Assembly (NCBI GenBank): GCA_963708075.1 | Contig: OY970194.1 | Location: 448,001-512,000, forward strand | Length of the DNA: 64,000 bases | Direction of reading: 5' to 3' | Source: Sedimentisphaerales bacterium | GTDB lineage: Bacteria; Planctomycetota; Phycisphaerae; Sedimentisphaerales; Anaerobacaceae | Shown: positions 10,559-23,524 of the stretch, piece after piece | Layout: every line of letters starts with the position of its first letter | Position numbering within the stretch: position 1 is the stretch's first letter | Notes under the pieces: model-generated | Told to the model about the DNA's origin: nothing | Databases searched by the model: none | The model's input: the letters and a program-made list of their open reading frames with translations, nothing else | Made by a program: the position numbers and the translations under genes

Positions 10559-13500
10559 ATGAAGCCGAAGTATTCCGTCGTTCCGCTTCTTGTCGTTCTT
10601 CTCTCCCTGTTGTTCGGCCCCAATGCGTGCCTGGCGGCAGGGCCGGTCACGATCATCGAGCCTGCAGAGCCTGAGTTGTGCGAGCATCTGGCCGCGAAGG
10701 AGATTCGCCGTTACTTCTACCTGCGGACGGATGCCCTCGTGCCCATCGCCTCCAACGCCCGTCGGCTGCCGTCGGATGGGGACCTGATCATCGTCGGGCA
10801 CAGCGGGCGGCCTCTCATCAAGAGGGCGATGAGGAATGATGCTCAACTGGCCGGGTCAGTTGCATCGCTCAAACCGGAGCAGTACCTGCTGAAGACGGTT
10901 TCCCTCGGTAATGCGGGCGGGCGCAAGGCACTGCTCGTCGTTGGCGGCGATTCGGTCGGCACGCTCTACGGGGCGTATCGATTGGCCGAGCATCTGGGCG
11001 TGCGGTTCTATTTGCATGGCGATGTCGTGCCGGATGAGAAGATGGTTCTGACGTTGCCGGACCTGGAGGATCGGGGCGAGCCGCTGTTCAAAACTCGCGG
11101 CATCCAGCCTTTCCACGATTTCCCGGAGGGGCCCGACTGGTGGAACACCGACGACTACAAGGCGATCATCGCCCAGCTTCCCAAGCTGCGGATGAATTTC
11201 ATCGGCCTGCACACGTACCCGCAGGGCGGCGTCGGCCCGGAGCCTACCGTCTGGATCGGGCTGAAAGAGGATGTGAATCCGGACGGCACCGTCCGCCTCA
11301 GCTCGCCTTCGAGCTATCAGAACACGCTTCGTGGCAACTGGGGCTATGTGGCCCGCAAGACGAGCGATTTCTCCTTCGGTACGGCCCAGTTGTTCGAGCG
11401 GGACGATTACGGCCCGGAGGTGATGGACGGCGCGATGCCCTGGCCGACGACGCCGGAGGACAGGAACACCGTCTTCAACCGCACGGGCGAGGTACTTCGG
11501 CAGGCCTTCGAGTACGCTCACACGCTTGGCGTGCGGACGTGCGTGGGCACGGAGACACCGCTGATCATCCCGGACGTCGTCAAGGAACGCATCAAGAGCA
11601 TGGGCAAGGACCCCGCCGATCCGGCTGTGGTTCGCGAGGTCTATGAGGGGATGTTCCAGCGGATCGCGAAGGCCTACCCGCTCGATTACTACTGGTTCTG
11701 GACGCCCGAATCGTGGACGTGGGGCAATCCGAAGGACGAGGAGATTGCGTCGACGGTCGCGGACTTCAAGGCGGCCATGGAGGCGGTGAAGAATGTCAAA
11801 TCACCGTTCACGCTCGCCACGTGCGGCTGGGTGCTCGGTCCGCCGAAGGACCGAGCTTTGTTCGACAACTCCCTGCCCAAGGACATGCCGATGAGCTGCA
11901 TCAACCGCCAGGTGGGTTTCACACCGGTTGAGGTGGGCTTCTCGCGTGTGAAAGGCCGGCCCACTTGGGCGATTCCTTGGATGGAGGACGATCCGGCCTT
12001 GCTCATCCCGCAGCTTTGGGTGGGTCGGATGCGTCGCGATGCCGCCGATGCTCTCGCCTACGGCTGCTCCGGCCTGCTCGGGATCCACTGGCGCACGCGG
12101 ATCCTCGGACCCAACGTCTCGGCGCTGGCCAAAGCCGCCTGGGAACAGAAGCCCTGGAACCCGTACATAGGCAAGGAGGTCCCCATCCCCGATCCGAAGC
12201 GCATGGAAGGGCGGGAGGGCGGCAATGTCGCCGCGTTCCCCAACAACCCGATTGCCGACACGGAGCAGGATGCCCTCTACCAGACGGTCACATGGGACGT
12301 GAGAGCGTATCGGCTCAAGGTGCCGAACGGGACATACGCCGTGCGTCTGCAGTTCTGCGAGCCACATTACGCCGAGGTGGGCAAACGAGTCTTTGGCGTG
12401 ACCCTGCAGGGCCGCAAGGTCATCGACAATCTCGACATCTTCGCCGCGGTCGGTAAGAACCGCGCGCTGGATTACACCTTCCCCGACGAGAAGGTTTCCG
12501 ACGGCATGCTTGAGATTCTGTTTGACAGCATCGTGGAGTTCCCGTGCGTCGCCGCATTCACGGTGGAAGGGCCGGGCGTCACTCGCAAGATCAACTGCGG
12601 CGGGCCTGCCGTCGAGGGCTATGAGGCCGACATGGCGCCGTCGAATGCGGATGGCCGGCCCCGCGATTTGCCCACGCAGGACTTCTACCGCGACTGGGCG
12701 AAGGCCGAGTTCGGGGAGGAGGTGGCCGAGCCGATCGCCAAGCTGTTTATCATACTTGATGGCGGGTCGGATATGGGAATAGGCAAGAAGCGAGATTCGT
12801 ACCTGCCTCGGCCGTCCACATGGGTCGATGGCCCCGGCGGAATCCAGCCGGACCCAAGGCCCTGGAGCGAGGTCGAGAAGGAGTACGCATTTGTCGACGA
12901 CATGGCGGCGCTGCGCCCGAAGATCACAGGCGCCGGCAATCTCGAACGCTTCGACTTCTGGCTCAACAACTTCCGCTACCTCAGAGCGACAGGGCAGGTC
13001 AACTGTACGTGGGCGCGATTCAACGCTGTAATGGAAGAAGTCAAGAAAGAGAGCGATCCCGGCAAGCAGAAGGAGCTTGCCCGTGAGAAGGCCTTGCCGA
13101 TCCGGCGTGAGTTGATCAGGCATGTCGGTGAAGCGCATCAGTTCCTGCTGGCGGCGATCACGACCACCGGCGGCATGGGCACGGTGGCCAACTGGCAACA
13201 GCACTTGCTGCCGAATCTGCTCATCAAGCCCGGCGAAGAGCTGGCCAAAATTCTCGGCGAGAAGTTGCCGGAGGATGCAAGCCTGCCGCTGTCCTATGAC
13301 GGTCCGGCCCGAATGATCGTACCGACCGCGAGGACGAGCCTGACGGCAGGGGAGGATCTGCGGCTGAAGGTGATCGTGATTGGTTCTGACACGCCCGAGA
13401 AAGCCCAAGTCCACTGGCGGCCACTCGGCCAAGGCGAATTCGAGACCATACCCTTGCAGCACGTCGCTCGCGGAGTGTACTCGGCGCAGATTCCCGCGAA

Positions 13501-13615
13501 TCGAATCTCCGGTCGCGACATGGAGTATTTTGTGCAAGCTTCCGTTGGTGCGGCCACAGTTCGGTTTCCCGCCACGGCCCCCGCGATAGATCAGACTGTT
13601 GTGGTCGTGCCGTAG
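10559..13615 (+). CDS. Secreted glycoside hydrolase-like protein with inserted malectin domain
   Basis: Signal peptide; GH20/GH67-type N-domain (GGDSVGTLYGAYRLAE); malectin motifs LYQT, VPNGTYAVRLQFCE, GKRVFGV, NLDIFAAVG. Confidence 0.75.
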   Translation: MKPKYSVVPLLVVLLSLLFGPNACLAAGPVTIIEPAEPELCEHLAAKEIRRYFYLRTDALVPIASNARRLPSDGDLIIVGHSGRPLIKRAMRNDAQLAGSVASLKPEQYLLKTVSLGNAGGRKALLVVGGDSVGTLYGAYRLAEHLGVRFYLHGDVVPDEKMVLTLPDLEDRGEPLFKTRGIQPFHDFPEGPDWWNTDDYKAIIAQLPKLRMNFIGLHTYPQGGVGPEPTVWIGLKEDVNPDGTVRLSSPSSYQNTLRGNWGYVARKTSDFSFGTAQLFERDDYGPEVMDGAMPWPTTPEDRNTVFNRTGEVLRQAFEYAHTLGVRTCVGTETPLIIPDVVKERIKSMGKDPADPAVVREVYEGMFQRIAKAYPLDYYWFWTPESWTWGNPKDEEIASTVADFKAAMEAVKNVKSPFTLATCGWVLGPPKDRALFDNSLPKDMPMSCINRQVGFTPVEVGFSRVKGRPTWAIPWMEDDPALLIPQLWVGRMRRDAADALAYGCSGLLGIHWRTRILGPNVSALAKAAWEQKPWNPYIGKEVPIPDPKRMEGREGGNVAAFPNNPIADTEQDALYQTVTWDVRAYRLKVPNGTYAVRLQFCEPHYAEVGKRVFGVTLQGRKVIDNLDIFAAVGKNRALDYTFPDEKVSDGMLEILFDSIVEFPCVAAFTVEGPGVTRKINCGGPAVEGYEADMAPSNADGRPRDLPTQDFYRDWAKAEFGEEVAEPIAKLFIILDGGSDMGIGKKRDSYLPRPSTWVDGPGGIQPDPRPWSEVEKEYAFVDDMAALRPKITGAGNLERFDFWLNNFRYLRATGQVNCTWARFNAVMEEVKKESDPGKQKELAREKALPIRRELIRHVGEAHQFLLAAITTTGGMGTVANWQQHLLPNLLIKPGEELAKILGEKLPEDASLPLSYDGPARMIVPTARTSLTAGEDLRLKVIVIGSDTPEKAQVHWRPLGQGEFETIPLQHVARGVYSAQIPANRISGRDMEYFVQASVGAATVRFPATAPAIDQTVVVVP

Positions 13616-13806
13616 ACTGAAACGCTCGGCCGGATACTCCGGGACAATTGGGGGTATTTCGCAAGACCTCCGCTGCAAAGTTGAGGTCCACTGCCTGATT
13701 TGTCTCACTTTCTCACAGTCAAGCCTCTTGAAATCCGATAAGAGAGAACAATGGGGTGTGGTCTGCGTACACGATGCTGCCCGATTCCTCAATTGTCACG
13801 GTGGCT

Positions 13807-15063
13807 ATGGTGAGGCAAAACAACAAGGGGCCCGGAATATTGCTTGGCGGACTGCTCGCGACGATGGCGGCGGCGGCTCTGGTCAATTGCAGGCTGGACG
13901 CACCAAGGCAGGGGTGGAGCCGCCGATGGGGACCCCTCGTGCCGCATACGACATTTCCCGGCGATTGCGGAATCTGCCATGTCACCGACCGATGGGACAT
14001 CCTGCGCAAGGACTTCTCCTTCGATCATGAGAAACAGACGGGGCATCCGCTCAAGGGCGCGCACGCGTGGGCGTCATGCCTGCGATGCCACAACGATCGC
14101 GGCCCGGTGGTATCCTTTGCCGCTCGGGGCTGCGGAGGATGTCACCCTGATCCGCACACCTCGTCTCTGGGCCTGGATTGCGAGCGGTGCCACGAGCAGA
14201 TCAATTGGCGGCCGACTGGACTGATCGCCGAGCATGCCCGGACGCGGTTTCCACTGTTCGGGGCTCACGCGGTGGCGCCCTGTGAGAGCTGTCACCCTGG
14301 AGCCGCTGCCGGCCAATTTCGCGGGGCTCCCGTCGAATGTGACCTGTGCCACCGGGCGGACCTGGCGCGCGCCACCTCGCCGGATCACGCCGCCAGCGGA
14401 TGGACGACGGATTGTCAGCGCTGCCACATGCCGCTCGGCTGGGAGAGGGCATTTGTGCGTCACGACTTCTTCCCGCTCTCAGGTGGGCATGCGGGACTGG
14501 ACTGCATCCGCTGCCATACGAGCGGCGTCCTCGGGCGAATCCCTTCGGACTGCTACTCTTGTCACGCCGCCAACTATCAGACGGCGCCCGGCCATGTGGC
14601 TCAGGGCTTCCCCCATACCTGCGAGCAGTGCCACAGCATCGCCGCCTGGACCCCGGCGCGATACGACCACACGGCGTTTCCCCTGATGGGCGCCCACGCC
14701 GGCCTGGATTGCACTCGTTGTCATACAAACGGCAGGTTCGATCCCCTTCCCTCCAACTGCTATTCGTGTCATGCGACGGACTATCAGGGGGCGCCGGACC
14801 ACACGTCGCTTGGCTTCCCACAGACTTGCCAGCAATGCCACACAACAACCGCGTGGCTCCCGTCCACGTTTCGACATACGTTCCCTCTGTCGGGCTCGCA
14901 CGATCGGTCGTGCGTGGAGTGTCATACCACCGGCAGTACGAGCAGCTTCAGTTGCGTGGGCTGCCACTCGGCGGCCGACACGAACGGGAAACACGCGGAC
15001 GTGTCCGGGTACAGCTACAACTCGCAGGCGTGCTATCAATGTCATCCTACCGGGCAACACTGA
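13807..15063 (+). CDS. 16-heme c-type cytochrome, probable lipoprotein
   Basis: 16 CxxCH motifs counted; hydrophobic leader ending LVNC; start chosen at ATG 13807. Confidence 0.9.
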   Translation: MVRQNNKGPGILLGGLLATMAAAALVNCRLDAPRQGWSRRWGPLVPHTTFPGDCGICHVTDRWDILRKDFSFDHEKQTGHPLKGAHAWASCLRCHNDRGPVVSFAARGCGGCHPDPHTSSLGLDCERCHEQINWRPTGLIAEHARTRFPLFGAHAVAPCESCHPGAAAGQFRGAPVECDLCHRADLARATSPDHAASGWTTDCQRCHMPLGWERAFVRHDFFPLSGGHAGLDCIRCHTSGVLGRIPSDCYSCHAANYQTAPGHVAQGFPHTCEQCHSIAAWTPARYDHTAFPLMGAHAGLDCTRCHTNGRFDPLPSNCYSCHATDYQGAPDHTSLGFPQTCQQCHTTTAWLPSTFRHTFPLSGSHDRSCVECHTTGSTSSFSCVGCHSAADTNGKHADVSGYSYNSQACYQCHPTGQH

Positions 15064-15113
15064 GGCAGGTGTGACCGGCTGCAGCGCGGACTCCATCCGG
15101 CTCCCGGGAATTC

Positions 15114-16796
15114 ATGAAGACAGCAGCAATCAAACATGAATGGCTGGTTCTTGCGGCGGTTGCGGCCTTGTCCGCCGTCGCATCCCGGACCTTTGCGGCG
15201 GAGGCCATGGTGCAAGGGCGGATCACGTTTGAGGCACGGGACAGCGTGTACGTCGATATCGGGACCGAGCAGGGGCTGCGATCGGGGCTGTCGGGCACTC
15301 TTCAGCTTGATGACGGACGGACATTCGGGTTCGAGGTCCTGTCCGCAGAGAAGCAATCGGCCCTGCTGCGCCTGGCGGCGTATCGGGGCGGCGAGAGACT
15401 TGCCGGCGGGATCGTCAGGGTGACCTTTCCGCAAGAGTCGCCCCAGCAGGCCGGGAAAACGCGGGCAAAGCCAAAAGATCCGAATGGATCTTCAGAGTCG
15501 CCAACCGGGTCTGGCCGCCAGGAGGAATTTGTCCCGCTGCTGGCTCCAATGCCGCGAGGGCCGGAGACGCCGAGGCCACGATCCACGTCCCACGGGCGTG
15601 TCCAAATCCGCCAGATGTTCCAGACCGATTCCGAGGGTGACTTGGACTATTCGGTGACCCGCGTCGGTTCCTCCGGCGGCATGGACCGGATTGGCGGCTC
15701 GCCGTGGAACTTCGAGTGGTCGGGCGATATGCGGTACCGCGACGGAGACGCATTCCTTTCTCATCCCGACTACCAGGAGCCGCACTTTGACCTCTACCGT
15801 GCGATGCTCCAGCGGCCCATCGGCGAGGACGGGTTCCTGAGGTTCGGACGGTTCGTGCCGTATGAGTTGCCGGGGATCGGGTTCGTGGATGGCCTGCAGG
15901 GGCAGACACATCAGGGAGAACATGCCCGCATCGGCGTTGTCGGAGGACTCAAGCCGAACCGGGTCGACCTCGATGGATCGGTGGATGAGCCGCTCGTCGT
16001 ACCTTATGCCGCATACGGAACCGGCCCTCGCGACGGGCAGTACTACTCGGGGACGGTTGGACTACTGAACTCGTACTACGACGGCAGCTTCGACCGTCTC
16101 GCGCTGCTGATTGACCAGCGTGCCGGACTGGGGCGGGGCTTCACGCTCTACTCGACGGCGGCCGTGGATTTCGACATTGGGGCGTCGGAGACGCAAATGG
16201 GGACGAGGCTGACGCAATTGAACGTATCTGCCGTCTCCGAGCTTTCCTCGTTCCTGGCGCTTCGGGCCGGCGTGGATCACTGGGAACGGCCGGACCACCA
16301 GGCGGAGCGGGACCTTTTGCCATTCCAGGACGAGCGGTTCTTCGATGATGGGTACTGGCGGTACTGGATCGGCAGCAGCCAGAATCTGCCGGGGCGCCTG
16401 CGGTTCTCTGAGGAGGTGGGATACATCGACTCGGACACGGTCGACGGCGACGTTCGCTGGCAGGTGGGCGTGACCCGCGGCGGGCTTGGCGACTGGCAGG
16501 ATGCCAGTGTGACAGTCGCCGTGTACAACCTGATCGCCTACGAGGACGACGGCTATGGCTGCCGGGTGTCCGCACATCTGCCGCTGAATCAGGGAACGGT
16601 GCTCGTGCAGCCTGCGGCGGGATTCCGCGTGCTCCAGACGGACACACAAGCCGAGGACATCACGCTGAGCTATCTCTCTATCGGTCTCGATGGACGTATC
16701 TCCCGCCAGTGGAGCCTGTTCGGCGGGGCTACGTACTTCGAGGGGGATGATGTGAGATCGACACTGTTTGAATTGGGCGTGCGTTTTGCCTGGTGA
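15114..16796 (+). CDS. Outer-membrane beta-barrel protein (putative cytochrome-associated porin)
   Basis: Signal peptide, alternating amphipathic strands, C-terminal FELGVRFAW beta-signal; lies between two cytochromes. Confidence 0.75.
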   Translation: MKTAAIKHEWLVLAAVAALSAVASRTFAAEAMVQGRITFEARDSVYVDIGTEQGLRSGLSGTLQLDDGRTFGFEVLSAEKQSALLRLAAYRGGERLAGGIVRVTFPQESPQQAGKTRAKPKDPNGSSESPTGSGRQEEFVPLLAPMPRGPETPRPRSTSHGRVQIRQMFQTDSEGDLDYSVTRVGSSGGMDRIGGSPWNFEWSGDMRYRDGDAFLSHPDYQEPHFDLYRAMLQRPIGEDGFLRFGRFVPYELPGIGFVDGLQGQTHQGEHARIGVVGGLKPNRVDLDGSVDEPLVVPYAAYGTGPRDGQYYSGTVGLLNSYYDGSFDRLALLIDQRAGLGRGFTLYSTAAVDFDIGASETQMGTRLTQLNVSAVSELSSFLALRAGVDHWERPDHQAERDLLPFQDERFFDDGYWRYWIGSSQNLPGRLRFSEEVGYIDSDTVDGDVRWQVGVTRGGLGDWQDASVTVAVYNLIAYEDDGYGCRVSAHLPLNQGTVLVQPAAGFRVLQTDTQAEDITLSYLSIGLDGRISRQWSLFGGATYFEGDDVRSTLFELGVRFAW

Positions 16797-16799
16797 ATT

Positions 16800-17357
16800 A
16801 TGAGTGGCATTCGAAAACGGAGATTGTCTTGTGCGGGGTCGCTCATCATGGTCGTCGTCCTGGTCGTTCTCAGTTGCCGCCTGGGACCACCGAGGCGCGG
16901 CTGGAGCGAGCAGTGGGGCCCGGTTCCACCGCATCGGACATTCCCGGGTGACTGCGGCATTTGCCATGTTGGAGAGGGCTGGGGGGGTGTGCGCCACGAT
17001 CTCTCCTTCGATCACGAAAGAAGGACGGGGTATCGCTTGGAGGAGGCCCATGCGCACGCTGCCTGCCTTCGATGTCACAACGACCGGGGACCAGTCATGG
17101 AGTACGTCGCGCGGGGTTGCAGCGGCTGTCACGGCGACCCGCACGCTTCCACGGTCGGGTCGGATTGCGAGAACTGCCACGGCCAGGGGAACTGGAAGCC
17201 GGTGAAGTCGGCCGTCACGAGCGTCCGGACGCGGTTTCATCTGGTCCCTGCCCATGCGGCACCTTCGTGTGCGACCTGTCATGTCGAGGCGGGTATCGGT
17301 CGGCCGCAGGCAGGTCCCGCTCAGTGCGGGCCCTGTCATCAGGACTCCGCTCAGTAG
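16800..17357 (+). CDS. 6-heme c-type cytochrome lipoprotein, paralog of the N-terminal part of the 16-heme protein
   Basis: 6 CxxCH; lipobox VVLSC; shares TFPGDCGICHV and CLRCHNDRGPV with 13807-15063. Confidence 0.88.
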   Translation: MSGIRKRRLSCAGSLIMVVVLVVLSCRLGPPRRGWSEQWGPVPPHRTFPGDCGICHVGEGWGGVRHDLSFDHERRTGYRLEEAHAHAACLRCHNDRGPVMEYVARGCSGCHGDPHASTVGSDCENCHGQGNWKPVKSAVTSVRTRFHLVPAHAAPSCATCHVEAGIGRPQAGPAQCGPCHQDSAQ

Positions 17358-18355
17358 ACGGACCGCAGGCCTTTTTCGCTGACTTTGTTGATGATCTCGT
17401 TGAGGTCTTTGAGCAGCACGTTCAGTTGGAACGTGGTTTCGACGAGGCTTTCGTACAACCGGGCATCAGTGATCAGTCTGCCGGCGGTGCCTTCTCCGGC
17501 GTTGACCTTCTCCCCGGCCAGCCGCAGTTGTGACATGGCCCGGCCGATCTCGGCGCTGGTGTTCACCAGGGACGCCACCAGCCGCTCCGCCTTGTCATCG
17601 ACGCCCTTGAGCGTCTCGGCCCCGGCTGCGGTGAGTTGCCGGAACTCCTCAATCGCCTTGCGGGTGTCCTCCATCGTCTTTGTAGCCTCTTCCATGGCGA
17701 CGGAAAAATCATGAGAGGCGTCGGTGAGATTGGCCAGCGTCGCATGGATGTTCTGCTTGTTGTTGGGGTCCCCGAGGATGTCATTGGCGTTGGCAACGAA
17801 CGTATTGATGCCATCGACGAGCTTGTCGAGCTTCTTCTGACTTGCCTCCGGGAAGAACTCGCTGGTCACGCCTGAGGACCCTTGCAGCTCCATGCCGTTC
17901 ACCAGGAAGCGGGTCTCCGGCCGGTTGGGATCCCTGGGCGGCGCCGGCAACTTGTTGGGATCCACCGCCAACTCTATGTAGCTGCTTCCCAGGCCTCGGG
18001 TCATCAACTTCACTTCCACGTTCGAGGGAATATCCGTGTACCGCTTGTTGATGCTGAGGATGACCCTGGTCTGATGGTACTTGCGTCCGAGGTCGTCGGA
18101 GAGAATGGCGGGGGGCATCACCTGGGTGACCCGGCCGATCTGGTACCCGGCGAATCGCACGGGGGTGTCCTTTTGCACGCCGGGCGCCGTGGGGAACCGC
18201 ACATAGACCTCGAAGGACCGCACCCGACTGATGGCGGTGGGCAGATCCCCGAATTTGAAGACCATCCATCCGAGTGCCGCCAATCCGATGATCACGAAGA
18301 GACCTACGATAACATCGCGCCGCCTTTGCGCGCTTTCGTAATCACTCACTGACAA
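17351..18355 (-). CDS. MlaD/MCE family protein
   Basis: N-terminal TM, APGVQKDTPVRFAGYQIGRV, GLGSSYIEL, helical tail, GTAGRLITD. Confidence 0.85.
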   Translation of the reverse strand: MSVSDYESAQRRRDVIVGLFVIIGLAALGWMVFKFGDLPTAISRVRSFEVYVRFPTAPGVQKDTPVRFAGYQIGRVTQVMPPAILSDDLGRKYHQTRVILSINKRYTDIPSNVEVKLMTRGLGSSYIELAVDPNKLPAPPRDPNRPETRFLVNGMELQGSSGVTSEFFPEASQKKLDKLVDGINTFVANANDILGDPNNKQNIHATLANLTDASHDFSVAMEEATKTMEDTRKAIEEFRQLTAAGAETLKGVDDKAERLVASLVNTSAEIGRAMSQLRLAGEKVNAGEGTAGRLITDARLYESLVETTFQLNVLLKDLNEIINKVSEKGLRSVY

Positions 18356-18361
18356 CCCTTT

Positions 18362-18472
18362 CGAATTACCATTTACGAATTACCATTTACGATTTACCTT
18401 TGAGCACGGTCAAACCAAACGACCGGCGCCGCAGGCGTCAAATAGTAAATCGCAAATCGAAAATCGTAAATC
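18362..18472. repeat. Inverted pair of degenerate heptamer tandem repeats
   Basis: aattacc-atttacg-aattacc-atttacg, then atagtaa-atcgcaa-atcgaaa-atcgtaa; same family as 10437-10545. Confidence 0.7.
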
Positions 18473-18716
18473 ATGATCGTCCTTCCATGAACAGCTCACG
18501 AATGGCCCGCAACGGATAGCCGCTCTCGTTGAGCCTCTTGATCAGCCGGATCCGCTCGATGGCCTTCGCGTCGAACACTCGCCGGCCGCTCGATGTTACC
18601 TGGGTCGGCTCCAATAGCCCGACCATAAGGTAATATTGCAGAGACTGCGTCGAAACGCCAGCTTTTTTCGCCGCCTGGCCTATAGGGATTAGCGCGTTTT
18701 CATCGTTCTGGGTCAT
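18471..18716 (-). CDS. Small MerR-family HTH protein
   Basis: IGQAAKKAGVSTQSLQYY...GLLEP...SGRRVF...GYPLRAIRE. Confidence 0.85.
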   Translation of the reverse strand: MTQNDENALIPIGQAAKKAGVSTQSLQYYLMVGLLEPTQVTSSGRRVFDAKAIERIRLIKRLNESGYPLRAIRELFMEGRS

Positions 18717-19128
18717 TCGCAGTCCAATCGTCGCGTTCCGGGGCTGTGCCAAAGAGCGTCGTCAGGAGCGACAGGAACGCCTTTTGGATTCGGTCCAGGG
18801 TCAGTGATTTCAGGACCGCCTGCTCCTCCGGCCGCCTCAACCGGCGAGAAAGGGCCGGCGAGATCATCAGTACGTAATCGAACGACCGCGGGATGCGATC
18901 CTGGCTCTGCCGGAAGGCCTCCCGCAATAGCCGTTTCAGACGGTTCCGGACGACGGCGTTGCCGGCGGATTTGCCAACAGAGATGCCCAGGCGTGGATAA
19001 CCGCAGCCATTTTCGGCGGCATACAGGGTCAGCACGCTGTTGCCTGCCCGTCGGCCCTGGTCCAGGACCGCCTTGAACTGGCGGTTGCTCACAAGCCTTC
19101 GGGTTTTTGGAAAGGCCAATCGTTTCAC
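18700..19128 (-). CDS. rnpA: Ribonuclease P protein component
   Basis: FPKTRRL, RLGISVGKSAGNAVVRNRLKRLLREAFR (RNR motif); GTG start after GGAG. Confidence 0.92.
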   Translation of the reverse strand: MKRLAFPKTRRLVSNRQFKAVLDQGRRAGNSVLTLYAAENGCGYPRLGISVGKSAGNAVVRNRLKRLLREAFRQSQDRIPRSFDYVLMISPALSRRLRRPEEQAVLKSLTLDRIQKAFLSLLTTLFGTAPERDDWTANDPER

Positions 19129-19223
19129 AATTCGCTCCTGGCCTCCACGCCCATTGCCACGAGGGACACACGTGTGAATCAGACCCAACCTGTTTTCATG
19201 GGTCCTGAGGGGCATCCGCGTGC

Positions 19224-19667
19224 TTACGATTTGACCGACTCCCCGATCCTTCGCAGCAGCCGCAGCCGCTCGTTCTCGTGCGAGCGCTCCGTGGCGGATA
19301 TCGCGGCGCTGGGAACATCCCTGGCCGTTCGCTCAATCACAGATTCGAGCCGATCGGGCTTGAGGTCTCGCAGGGCGAGGGCATCGTACGCGACGACCAT
19401 CACCGAATTGGAGGCGATCAGGGCGAACCCGCCGTCAATGAAGAAGGATACCTCTCCCTCGCACGTCCCCTTGTACTGTTCCTCGGACACGGCGTTCACT
19501 CGCATGATGCCCAGTCCGAGCTCGCACAACATGGGCATATGGTTGTACAGGATGCCCATCTGCCCATCGTGGGCAGGAAGGATGACCGACGTGGTCCGGC
19601 AGTCCAACAGCTTGCCCATCGGATCGATCAGGCTGCAGTGGAACGTTTTCAGTTCGGCGTTGTCCAT
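19224..19667 (-). CDS. atpC: F1 ATP synthase epsilon subunit
   Basis: LPAHDGQMGILYNHMP, FIDGGFA; follows atpD. Confidence 0.88.
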   Translation of the reverse strand: MDNAELKTFHCSLIDPMGKLLDCRTTSVILPAHDGQMGILYNHMPMLCELGLGIMRVNAVSEEQYKGTCEGEVSFFIDGGFALIASNSVMVVAYDALALRDLKPDRLESVIERTARDVPSAAISATERSHENERLRLLRRIGESVKS

Positions 19668-19677
19668 GACTCGAACG

Positions 19678-21995
<2,318 letters not shown>

Positions 21996-21999
21996 ATCG

Positions 22000-23520
22000 T
22001 CAGGCGTGCGTTTCCTTGTAGCTGGTCTTGAACTCTTCGATGCTCGCGGTGATCTTGCCGGTCAGCTCGTCGTTGAGCTTGCCGGTTTTGTTGATCTCCT
22101 GGATGTGCTCCGGGTGGCGCTCGCGGAGCCATTGCAGCATGTCATGGGCAAAGCCGCTCACCGCCACAACGGGGATATCGTCCAGCAATCCGGAGGCGCC
22201 GGACAGGATCGTGATGACCTGCTCACCCACGGACAACGGCGAGAACTGGGGCTGCTTGAGCAACTCGACCATTCTGCGGCCGCGTTCCAGCCGGTTCTGG
22301 GAGGCGCGGTCCAGCTCGGTGCCCAGCCGGGCAAAGTCCTGTAGCTCGTAGAAGGAGGCCAGGTCAAGCCGGAGCCTGGCAGCTACCTTCTTCATCGCCG
22401 GGACCTGTGCATCGCCGCCGACGCGGCTGACGCTGACGCCGACGTCGATAGCCGGCCGAATGCCCGCGTGGAAGAGGTCCCTTTGCAGGTAGATCTGGCC
22501 GTCGGTGATGGAGATGATGTTCGTCGGGATATAAGCGGAAATCTGCCCCTCCAGCGTCTCGACGATGGGCAGGGCGGTCAATGAGCCGGCGCCGAGTTTC
22601 TCGGACAGCTTGGCGCTGCGTTCGAGCAGTCGGCTGTGCAGATAGAAAATGTCGCCGGGGTATGCCTCTCGTCCGGCGGGCCGGCGAAGCAGCAGGCTCA
22701 ACTGGCGGTATGCGACGGCGTGCTTGCTCAGGTCGTCGTAAATACACAGCGTGTCGCGATTTTTATCGTACATGAAGTGCTCGGCGAGGGCGCAGCCGGC
22801 GTACGGCGCGATGTACTGCATCGGGGCGCTGTCGGCGGCGGCGGCGGCGATCACGATCGTGTACTCCATCGCTCCATGACGCCGCAGGGTATCGATCACT
22901 TCGGCGATCGTGGAGTCCTTCTGGCCGATGGCCACGTAGACGCAGATGACGTTCTGGCCCTTCTGGTTGATGATGGTGTCGAGGGCGATGGCGGTCTTGC
23001 CGGTCTTGCGGTCGCCGATGATGAGCTCGCGCTGCCCCCGGCCGATGGGGATCATGGAGTCGATGCTCTTGAGGCCGGTCTGCAGGGGCTGGCGAACGGG
23101 CTGACGCTGGGCGATATTCGGTGCGTCCGATTCAATCAGCCGGCGGGTCTCCGTCGTGATCGCAGGGCCGCCGTCGAGCGGCTGGCACAGCGGCGTGATG
23201 ACCCGGCCGAGCAGTTCCTCCCCGACGGGCAGGGACATGAGTCGCCCGGTGGCGCGAACGTCCGAGCCCTCCCGGACTTTCGTGTAATCGCCATAGATAA
23301 CGGCGCCGAGGGAGTCTTCCTCCAGGTTGAAGACCTCGCCTATCGTGTCATTCTCGAACAGGAGCATCTCGCTGGCCATCGCGTCCTCCAGGCCGTAGAT
23401 GCGGGCAATGCCGTCGCCCACCTCGACGACCCGCCCCACCTTGGTCACGTCGAGCTTGGACTCGTACTGGCTGATCTCCTGCTTCAGAATGCCCGTGATC
23501 TCACTGATATCGATCTTCAT
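22000..23520 (-). CDS. atpA: F1 ATP synthase alpha subunit
   Basis: [33 protein letters not shown]. Confidence 0.98.
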   Translation of the reverse strand: MKIDISEITGILKQEISQYESKLDVTKVGRVVEVGDGIARIYGLEDAMASEMLLFENDTIGEVFNLEEDSLGAVIYGDYTKVREGSDVRATGRLMSLPVGEELLGRVITPLCQPLDGGPAITTETRRLIESDAPNIAQRQPVRQPLQTGLKSIDSMIPIGRGQRELIIGDRKTGKTAIALDTIINQKGQNVICVYVAIGQKDSTIAEVIDTLRRHGAMEYTIVIAAAAADSAPMQYIAPYAGCALAEHFMYDKNRDTLCIYDDLSKHAVAYRQLSLLLRRPAGREAYPGDIFYLHSRLLERSAKLSEKLGAGSLTALPIVETLEGQISAYIPTNIISITDGQIYLQRDLFHAGIRPAIDVGVSVSRVGGDAQVPAMKKVAARLRLDLASFYELQDFARLGTELDRASQNRLERGRRMVELLKQPQFSPLSVGEQVITILSGASGLLDDIPVVAVSGFAHDMLQWLRERHPEHIQEINKTGKLNDELTGKITASIEEFKTSYKETHA

Positions 23521-23524
23521 AGGT

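Noticed and set aside
11801..13792. 663-aa antisense ORF, and similar long shadow ORFs at 19174-20979, 49506-50852 and 55778-57550
   Set aside because: They lie opposite well-supported genes; typical of high-GC codon bias; no motifs
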